Origin: Candidatus Melainabacteria bacterium 17Bon1m
Lineage (GTDB): Bacteria; Cyanobacteriota; Vampirovibrionia; Obscuribacterales; Obscuribacteraceae
Length of the DNA stretch: 64,000 bases
Reading direction: 5' to 3'
NCBI GenBank assembly: GCA_032128875.1
Contig: JAVLKG010000001.1
Coordinates: forward strand, 160,001-224,000
Positions 56,861-64,000 of the stretch are shown one piece after another; positions within the stretch are counted from its first letter, which is position 1; the number at the start of each line of letters is the position of its first letter. A program made the position numbers and the translations under genes. The notes beneath the pieces were generated by a model. That model was not told where the DNA came from and ran no database searches. It worked only from the letters and a program-made list of their open reading frames with translations.

Positions 56861-57553
56861 ATGTTTAAACCCGGTTCGATATTGGCATCTGTCCTTCTAT
56901 GTTCTTCGCTTGCCTCTGCGGCATTAGCTGCCGACATTATTGAAGTGACTGTTTATCATGATTCCGAGTTAAACACGAAATCCGGTTTGACATGGTTGGG
57001 CTTGTTTCCGACGAAAGCTGGACAGTTTGAGTTGCGACCGACGAAGGTTAATGTGCAAAGAGTTCGCGACGAAATCAACGACGAGGCTGCTGACCAAAAG
57101 ACTGGAAAGAAAGTCACCGCCTCTGATAAGGTCGAGCCCTTATTCTTGATCAACGGCGTGTCGGCGCTCAAAGCTGGAAAAGTCAGTACGAGCAAGACGT
57201 ATCAGAAAGAACGTCCGGACATTGGATTCAAAACGAAACTGAATCTCGGTACTAAGGAATCGACGCTCACTGTAAGCGGTACGAAGAAAGACAGCGAATA
57301 TCGCAAGAACTACAAGATTGTCCTCGGAACTGGTGGCGTGAAGCAAATAGTGTACGAGCGCAAAGAAGTAAGTGACTCGTCCTTTCCGTCGCTGCTTTGG
57401 GCCGGCGATCTCGATGGCGATGGGAAACTGGACTTGATCTTGGATACGACCGACAATTACAACGTTCGCGATGTGACGCTGTTTCTCTCTACCAAGGCAA
57501 AGCCCGGCAAGTTAGTTGAGAAGGTCGTCAGCCACGAATCGACCGGCTGCTAG
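56861..57553 (+). CDS. Secreted hypothetical protein with FG-GAP/VCBS-like Ca-binding loop
   Basis: Signal peptide; WAGDLDGDGKLDLIL; AGGAG SD. Confidence 0.75.
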   Translation: MFKPGSILASVLLCSSLASAALAADIIEVTVYHDSELNTKSGLTWLGLFPTKAGQFELRPTKVNVQRVRDEINDEAADQKTGKKVTASDKVEPLFLINGVSALKAGKVSTSKTYQKERPDIGFKTKLNLGTKESTLTVSGTKKDSEYRKNYKIVLGTGGVKQIVYERKEVSDSSFPSLLWAGDLDGDGKLDLILDTTDNYNVRDVTLFLSTKAKPGKLVEKVVSHESTGC

Positions 57554-57582
57554 TGCGGCTTGCTGATTGTTGATTAAGAAGT

Positions 57583-57606
57583 GTAGGAGCGGGATTAATC
57601 CCGCCC
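57583..57606 (+). repeat. GTAG-family REP-like palindrome
   Basis: GTAG followed by the perfect 16-bp palindrome GCGGGATTAATCCCGC (57589-57604), between convergent genes. Confidence 0.55.
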
Positions 57607-57625
57607 GCAGACATCACTTTCTGTA

Positions 57626-58651
57626 TCACTTCACCGAATAATTTCGATGCAGCCACTTACCTTCGTTCGATAAATCGCGTGTTTCGTAGAGCACGTTTTT
57701 CTGCGATTCTTGTTTGACGATTAATGCGTTGCCGTTAAACATCACCACAGTCGCACTCTGACTCGCGAGATCCTTCATGCTGTTCATTACCTGAACTAGA
57801 TTTGGAGGTGCGAAATTCTCTTGTTGTTTTTGCTCTGAAAAAGCTTCTACTGCAGCAGCCTTCAAAAGCTTGCCACTCATCTTTCTAAATAGAGATGTTG
57901 ATGAGTAGATGTCGATGCTGTTCATCTGCCCATTAATCGCGAATGCGCATCCAATTACATACGGCTTTTCTCCGAGCGCTTGATTGAGATTATCAACGTA
58001 GCGTGCTGTGCATTCTTGAATTTTTTTGTTTTCCAATGTCAGTTGCAAGCTTGTAGTCGACATTTGATCTTGAATGGCTGAGAGTGGAACACCCGCGTTC
58101 ATTGCGCTGCGGCATTGCAACTTCCCAACTTCAGTCCAGATTGCGCCTTGCGAGCCGCTTTTGGCAGCCATTCGCAACTTCGTGGACGATAAGTAAAAGT
58201 CAGATTGAGAGAAAGTATCATCACCTTCTTGCCCTCGTTTTTGCCAGCGTCCTTGTTCGACGCAGAATGAGTTGATTGACTCGAAATCTGATTTCGATTT
58301 GAGAATCATGTCGTGCTGCAACGTTCGATCTTGTTTGCCACCTTTTACGATGTCTCCAGATTGAATGAAAACAACTTCGTCGCCGGCATTTTTGATGCGC
58401 AGCGACTGCACCTGACTTGTTTCCTCTATTACTACTTTCTTCTTCGCAAGCGCTTCTTCCAGTGTGATGAAGTTGGTGGTGCTTACGTCTGTTCCGTGTA
58501 TTAAGTACATTGCCAGGTTGCCACTCGTGAATGGTCCCGACATTTCTGCTTCAGTGAAAACAAATGGTTCGACTTCCACTGACTCTTCTCGCCAGGAAGT
58601 ATCAGTGTTTTGACCACGAGTTCTATCTCTGAGCCAAGAGAATAAACTCAT
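57626..58651 (-). CDS. DUF6569/ARPP-1-like domain protein
   Basis: ITLEEAL, V..L.I.N, GDIVKGGKQDR, CVEQGRW, SQGAIW, FAING...DIY. Confidence 0.75.
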   Translation of the reverse strand: MSLFSWLRDRTRGQNTDTSWREESVEVEPFVFTEAEMSGPFTSGNLAMYLIHGTDVSTTNFITLEEALAKKKVVIEETSQVQSLRIKNAGDEVVFIQSGDIVKGGKQDRTLQHDMILKSKSDFESINSFCVEQGRWQKRGQEGDDTFSQSDFYLSSTKLRMAAKSGSQGAIWTEVGKLQCRSAMNAGVPLSAIQDQMSTTSLQLTLENKKIQECTARYVDNLNQALGEKPYVIGCAFAINGQMNSIDIYSSTSLFRKMSGKLLKAAAVEAFSEQKQQENFAPPNLVQVMNSMKDLASQSATVVMFNGNALIVKQESQKNVLYETRDLSNEGKWLHRNYSVK

Positions 58652-59139
58652 GCGCCCTCCTTCGCGAGCTGATGGGTAAGCTCACGATTTGTTTTTAGAA
58701 AATGCCAACGCTTCGCCAGAGCTGTGGCGCACAACTGCCACAACAAATACGCTAATAAATATGTGTGTCCCCAAACGCGTAACTCCATCCTACCAGGCAG
58801 CGCCAAATCGCGCGATGGCCTGGGCGTTTGCCTGTCGTAGGTCTGAAAACCCTTGTTGCAACTGTGTTGTGGGCTCGTTTTGTATCGCTGAAATCATTGC
58901 CCCTTGGCAACATTGAGGAATTCTAAGGAAAGCGCTGTTTTGGGGATTTTGACAGGATGTGAGCTGTGCCATAGTTGTCCCGTCGTCCCGCGGTATATAT
59001 TGGCGCCGCGAGGTGCCCAAATGGAGAGCGTCTTGGCGGATGAAGCTTTTCGGTTGTCTTTGCATGGAAGTTGTAAAACGGCAGTCCATGAGGACGGGGC
59101 GCCGTATAATGGGATAATGAGATAACGGGGGATTGGTGA

Positions 59140-60021
59140 GTGGAAAATTCGAACTTAGGTGGTTCAAATCGCGGCAAGACCTCTGACGATCTTTCGAAAA
59201 AAATTCTTGGCGGATTGCAGGGTAAATTCACCGGCGAAGAGACGGCTCACTGGATTGCCGACGTCAACAAAGAGCCTACTGCTGCAGTCACAAAGACGCA
59301 TAGCGAGCCAGTTCATCTTACAAGCGTTGCATTTTTGGATAGACTATTCGATGACTTTCAGCGTTATGCTTTTGAATTGGCGAACGCCGAAACCGTTGAC
59401 AATAACCATGTCGTAATTACTCGACCTACTGCTCCGGCAACGACAAACCAGCCCGCAGAGTCGCTGGTAATATTTCAAGGAACGCTAGTAACAGAGCCCT
59501 GGGCGTTGGTGATGCAAGCGCAGGCACAAAAGATACACGCATACATCGTGCCGATTGAAAATTTGAGTACCTTCGCTGGACGCGAGTCATTCTTTTCTAG
59601 CTATATGGATCTCGATGCCACCACTGAAGATGGCGAGACAGTTTGGAAGGTTGATGGTCAGGTTATCTTGGACTCGATGCTTTCATACTTATCAAAGAAA
59701 CTCTTTGGGATTTTGATTCGCGTTGCGAACGGCACTGCGTTGCCTGCAGATCGTTTTTCGATGGATGAGAATTCCAAGGAGGCGCTCAACCTTTCGGATT
59801 CTCTTGCACAGTCACGTCGTGGAACTTTGGCTGGCTATGAGAATTTCACCGCGCTTGTTGACTGTGAGGTAAACAACCTCAGTGCTATTGCGATGAAGGC
59901 GATTGCGGTTTTGGACAAAGACCATGCTCGGGAAGTCGTGTTGCGCACAAATCATTTAAAAATGTGGCGTGAAAAACTTTTGGCACTCGGCGACGAGTTG
60001 AAGCAGATCATGACTGAGTAA
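59140..60021 (+). CDS. Hypothetical protein
   Basis: 293-aa ORF with protein-like composition; no recognised domain. Confidence 0.65.
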   Translation: MENSNLGGSNRGKTSDDLSKKILGGLQGKFTGEETAHWIADVNKEPTAAVTKTHSEPVHLTSVAFLDRLFDDFQRYAFELANAETVDNNHVVITRPTAPATTNQPAESLVIFQGTLVTEPWALVMQAQAQKIHAYIVPIENLSTFAGRESFFSSYMDLDATTEDGETVWKVDGQVILDSMLSYLSKKLFGILIRVANGTALPADRFSMDENSKEALNLSDSLAQSRRGTLAGYENFTALVDCEVNNLSAIAMKAIAVLDKDHAREVVLRTNHLKMWREKLLALGDELKQIMTE

Positions 60022-60080
60022 AACCAGGTAATTGCGCCTTGGGTATTTAATCCTAACTCTAGATACAATACCCAGTATTG

Positions 60081-61634
60081 CTAGGTAAGAACTGCGTATC
60101 CCCATGCGGGGAAGTCAATGAAGAAGCCATTCTCTGTAAGTTCGATGAACTTCATGTCTGCGCTGCTCGACATGCGTATGTCGAAGTCTTTCAAGCCTAG
60201 CGCAGGCTCCGTGCCAGCAGGAGAGACATTGACATAGCACTGTGCCTGGTGTGGTGAGTAATTCACAACCACATAAACAGGCTTGTCTCCTGGGGTATTT
60301 CCTGCCGAATCTGCTGTTAAAGAGTCAGCGTTGTTATCTTTTGTCCATGCAAATGCAATGAAACAATCCGACGTCCAGTTGTCTTCCCACGCGCGGGTGC
60401 ATTCGAGCAATTTCCATTCGCCCTCATGCACGACTGGCATTTTGAGACAGTCGAGAAGATTTCTGTAGAAACTTTGTATATCTGGATCGATTTCTTCTTT
60501 TGGTTTGCGTTGCACGTGCACTGATACGCGCTTGCGAAATCCTTCGAATTGACCTTGGTGCAGGAATCGCAAGCCTTGAGAAAAGAACGTCAGCAACGAC
60601 GCAGCCTTGTGTTGTTCTCTTCCAAAAACACCTGCAGCGCGCGGCTCGTCATGGTTTTCCAAAAATCTAGCAGAGTGCTGTTGATAGTCTGGCGCGGCCC
60701 AGAAGTGTTCGCGAACAGGGCGACTCTCATTCTGGCGAAGGCGATCGTAAAGTCGCTTATCGTAAGTAAAGTCGAACCCGAGCTGCTGAAGCTCCCACTC
60801 TCTGTCCCAATAAACTTCTGCCATGAAAACAAAACCGGGGTGTTTCTTTTTTACATTGGAAATTGCTTCGGGCCAAAATTGTTGGATATCCACTCCCCAG
60901 GTCCGGGAGAAAACATCAGGCAGAATAAGCATTGCCATATCGCAGCGCAGCCCATCACAGACCGTAGCGATCTTATTTACCTCGGCGAACATTGCCTCGC
61001 GGAAAGCTGGATTGCCGTAATTAAGCTGCAGCGTATCCGGCCAACCATCGAAATATGGATCGCGCCCGTGCGCGAATATTTTCTCGCCTATTCGAAGAAA
61101 ATTTTGTGGCGCATTGCTGATGCTACCTTCATCACCCTGAATATAAAACTCAGGATACGATTTCACCCAATGGTGATCGATTGCCGTGTGGTTTGGCACC
61201 AGATCTAGCATCAGTTTCAAACCACGCTCGTTGAGGCGTTGCTTCAGTCGAACCAGCGCTTCAGGCTTGCCGAAATTGCTGTGCAGCGCGTAGTCCGTAA
61301 TCGCAAAACCAGAGCCGCAAATGTCTTCATCCGTCAAGTCAGGAATGTCGGCTTTGAAGCCTTCCTTCCATCCAGGATGATTCATCGAGATTTTGCGTCC
61401 AGCCTCACCTGTTTGCCAAACACTGAGAAAGTAGATCCAGGTAAAACCCGTCTCTGCAAAATCATCGAAAACAGAATCGGGAATGTCGTCGAGAGTTGCA
61501 TGCCGTCCTAACTCCCTGGACAATTCTGTTAGCCAAACACGAGTGTTGACTTGATACAAAGTTGGATTCTTTTGAAGAACCTTTAGTCTGTCAAGCGTCT
61601 TTTGTGATGGCTGCGCTTTCTGCTTTGTATTCAT
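60081..61634 (-). CDS. GH13 alpha-amylase family glycoside hydrolase
   Basis: DLVPNH, DGLRCDMA, AEVYW, FLENHDE. Confidence 0.92.
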   Translation of the reverse strand: MNTKQKAQPSQKTLDRLKVLQKNPTLYQVNTRVWLTELSRELGRHATLDDIPDSVFDDFAETGFTWIYFLSVWQTGEAGRKISMNHPGWKEGFKADIPDLTDEDICGSGFAITDYALHSNFGKPEALVRLKQRLNERGLKLMLDLVPNHTAIDHHWVKSYPEFYIQGDEGSISNAPQNFLRIGEKIFAHGRDPYFDGWPDTLQLNYGNPAFREAMFAEVNKIATVCDGLRCDMAMLILPDVFSRTWGVDIQQFWPEAISNVKKKHPGFVFMAEVYWDREWELQQLGFDFTYDKRLYDRLRQNESRPVREHFWAAPDYQQHSARFLENHDEPRAAGVFGREQHKAASLLTFFSQGLRFLHQGQFEGFRKRVSVHVQRKPKEEIDPDIQSFYRNLLDCLKMPVVHEGEWKLLECTRAWEDNWTSDCFIAFAWTKDNNADSLTADSAGNTPGDKPVYVVVNYSPHQAQCYVNVSPAGTEPALGLKDFDIRMSSSADMKFIELTENGFFIDFPAWGYAVLT

Positions 61635-61656
61635 CGAAAGCTTTCCTTGTTAGTCA

Positions 61657-64000
61657 CTATTTTTTCACGGCTGCCATATTGTGAGCGAGACGGTGCATTG
61701 GATGCGGATCCAACCAAACGTCTTCGTCCATCAGGGCTTGCATACCCATGAGGTTTGCCACCAGTCCTGTCCAACCGGTCTGGTGCGATGCACCAAGCCC
61801 GGCACCATTGTCCCCTTGGAAGTATTCGTAGAAGAGCGTGAGGTCTTTCCAGTAAGGATCGTCTTGAAACTTTTCTGTGCCACCGTAGACGGGGCGTTCG
61901 CCCTTCTCGTTTTTCAGAAAGATTCGACTGATTCTATCGATGATATCGTTGGCGCATTCGTAAAGCGTGCACATCTTGCCCGAGCCTGTCGGATACTCGA
62001 TCTTGAATTCCTTGCCGTAATAGCAATAGTAGGTCAGCAACGCGCGAACGAGCAGGAAGTTGACCGGCAACCAGATTGGTCCGCGCCAATTTGAGTTGCC
62101 CCCAAACATTCCTGTATCAGATTCACCTGGTACATAATCCACTCTGAATTCAACACCATCGTGATTGATGACAAACGGATTTTCCTGGTGATACTTGGAC
62201 AAACTGCGAATTCCGTAGTCGCTGAGAAATTCGTTTTCGTCGAACATGCGCTTGAGAATTTTCCGCAGCTTTTTCTCGTTGCACACAGCCAACATACGCC
62301 GGTTTGCAACACCGGTCTCGAGAGGCAAGTGTAAGTTGGCGCAAACCTCTTTCTGCCGCTTTAGAAAATGATGAGCTTTGTCAATGAAGCCCGGTACGTT
62401 TCTCCAGACCTCTTCTTCTGCCACCACTACTGATGCGAGTGGCAAGAGCCCCACGATCGAGCGAACTTTGAGACGCTTGGCTTGTCCGTCGGGCAAACGC
62501 AGCACGTCATAAAAGAATCCGTCGTCTTCATCCCATAATTCATCGCGGTGCACACCGGGTCTATCCATGGCGCTTGCGATCCAGACTGTGTGCTCGAAAA
62601 ACTTAAGCGCAAATCTTTCATACAACGGATTGTCTTGCGCGAGTTCGAGCGCAATGTTCAGCATCTGCTGGCTGAAGAAAACCATCCAAGCTGTTCCGTC
62701 TGCTTGTTCGAGACTTCCGCCGGTTGGCAGCGCGTGACTCCTGTCGAATACGCCGATGTTGTCCAAGCCGAGAAACCCACCTTCGAAAACGTTATGTCCA
62801 CGCGGATCTTTGCGGTTGATCCACCAGGTGAAATTGACGAGAAGTTTGGAGAATGCGTATTTGAGGAAATCGCGGTCGCCGATTCCTTGGTGCTGGAATT
62901 TATCAAAAAGGTACGCCCAGTATGTGGCGAATGCATGGACAGGTGGATTGACATCACTGAAGTTCCATTCGTATGCGGGGATTTGTCCGTTTGGATGGAG
63001 ATATGAGCTTTTGAGCATCATCTCTAATTGTGTTTTTGCGAAGTCTGGATCAAAAAGGTTGATCGACAAAACGTGAAATGCGAGATCCCAGGCTGCATAC
63101 CACGGATATTCCCATTTGTCCGGCATGGAAATGATGTCTTCGTTATACATGTGAAACCATGCGGAATTGCGCATCTGCTTGCCGCCTGGTCCGGACATTG
63201 GAAAGTGGTTGTGCTCGCGCAGCCACTGGTCAACGTCATAGTAGAAGAACTGTTTGTTCCACATCATCCCTGCCAGTGCGGATCTGAAAATTGGAAATCT
63301 CTCTTTGTCCTCTACCAATTTGGGTGGAGCAATTGATTTGAAGAATTCATCCGCCTCGCTCATGCGTAATGACATGATGGTGTCAAACTCTTCCATCGGC
63401 TTGCTCAGTTCTTCCTTACTGAAGCGCAGTTTGATGGTTTTCGACTTGCCGGCGCCGACTTTCAATTTGTAGTGCCCCGACATTTTTGTGCCGGTTTTTG
63501 CGGGATTTACCAAGTGTTTTTCGTTGTGCACAACATACATGTTGATGCCGTCTTTTACGAACTCGCTCGCATTCGGAGAGTTGAAGATAAGGTCATTGTT
63601 TGTTTCGTTTTCAGTGAACAACAACTCGGGATCGCCATCGAAATAGATGTGATACTCGCAAAAGTGTTCTGCCAGATTCGGATCTTGATGCTGCGCAATC
63701 GCCATCTCACGCCCGCCTTTATTCAAGCCGCGGATGAGTGGCTTTGCGCCGGTTTCTTGCGACCATGACCACGTATTGCGAAACCAGAACGTGGGCAACA
63801 AGTCGATGCTGTGCTCTTCTGGTCCGCGATTGTGCACGGTGATTTGAATGAGCATATCTTCCGGCGAACCCTTCGCATACTCGATGAAAACATCGAAATA
63901 GCGGTCATCATCAAAAACACCCGTATCTATAAGTTCGTACTCCAAGTCTAGTTTCCCGCGCTTGGCGTTGTTGGCGATAAGCTGCTCGTACGGAAATCCA
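61657..64000 (-). CDS. GH63/MGH1-like glucosidase (5' end beyond the window)
   Basis: SMPDKWEYPWYAAWDLAF, NSNWRGPIW, GASHQTGWT. Frame stays open to the window edge (GFPYEQLIANNAKRGKLDLEYE). Confidence 0.93.
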   Translation of the reverse strand, partial: GFPYEQLIANNAKRGKLDLEYELIDTGVFDDDRYFDVFIEYAKGSPEDMLIQITVHNRGPEEHSIDLLPTFWFRNTWSWSQETGAKPLIRGLNKGGREMAIAQHQDPNLAEHFCEYHIYFDGDPELLFTENETNNDLIFNSPNASEFVKDGINMYVVHNEKHLVNPAKTGTKMSGHYKLKVGAGKSKTIKLRFSKEELSKPMEEFDTIMSLRMSEADEFFKSIAPPKLVEDKERFPIFRSALAGMMWNKQFFYYDVDQWLREHNHFPMSGPGGKQMRNSAWFHMYNEDIISMPDKWEYPWYAAWDLAFHVLSINLFDPDFAKTQLEMMLKSSYLHPNGQIPAYEWNFSDVNPPVHAFATYWAYLFDKFQHQGIGDRDFLKYAFSKLLVNFTWWINRKDPRGHNVFEGGFLGLDNIGVFDRSHALPTGGSLEQADGTAWMVFFSQQMLNIALELAQDNPLYERFALKFFEHTVWIASAMDRPGVHRDELWDEDDGFFYDVLRLPDGQAKRLKVRSIVGLLPLASVVVAEEEVWRNVPGFIDKAHHFLKRQKEVCANLHLPLETGVANRRMLAVCNEKKLRKILKRMFDENEFLSDYGIRSLSKYHQENPFVINHDGVEFRVDYVPGESDTGMFGGNSNWRGPIWLPVNFLLVRALLTYYCYYGKEFKIEYPTGSGKMCTLYECANDIIDRISRIFLKNEKGERPVYGGTEKFQDDPYWKDLTLFYEYFQGDNGAGLGASHQTGWTGLVANLMGMQALMDEDVWLDPHPMHRLAHNMAAVKK

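Noticed and set aside
58790-59231. 125-aa and 102-aa minus-strand ORFs
   Set aside because: They overlap the start and likely promoter of the 59140 gene, have atypical composition and lack an SD.

Overview
A gene-dense bacterial chromosomal window of moderate GC content with about 50 CDS and one tRNA. I found no CRISPR array, integrase, transposase or prophage genes. The TPR-tailed Ser/Thr kinase, the large low-complexity orphans and the GT-C membrane proteins resemble non-photosynthetic cyanobacterial relatives (Melainabacteria, Obscuribacterales-like); this taxonomy is inference only. Recognisable genes include glnS, a class II uvrA, rnhA, uricase, copper amine oxidase, an rsgA paralog, def, rtcB, an M3 peptidase, a GH13 enzyme and a GH63 enzyme. 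Three elements stand out. (1) A translation-stress region at about 23.2-29.5 kb. A leaderless 22-aa uORF with an antiterminator/terminator switch precedes tRNA-Ser(GCT) and rtcB, which are followed by a 5x17-bp hairpin array and a truncated Pth2-like gene. A second leader peptide with an SD-sequestering hairpin precedes the rsgA paralog. (2) An effector/toxin-like region at 43-55.6 kb. A 1771-aa annexin-repeat protein ending in a variant HD domain is followed by an unannotated 58-aa candidate immunity gene, and nearby genes encode zincin- and DNase I-like-tipped proteins. (3) A near-identical ECF-type promoter motif shared by two unlinked orphan genes. All functional calls come from motif reading by eye; no searches were run.
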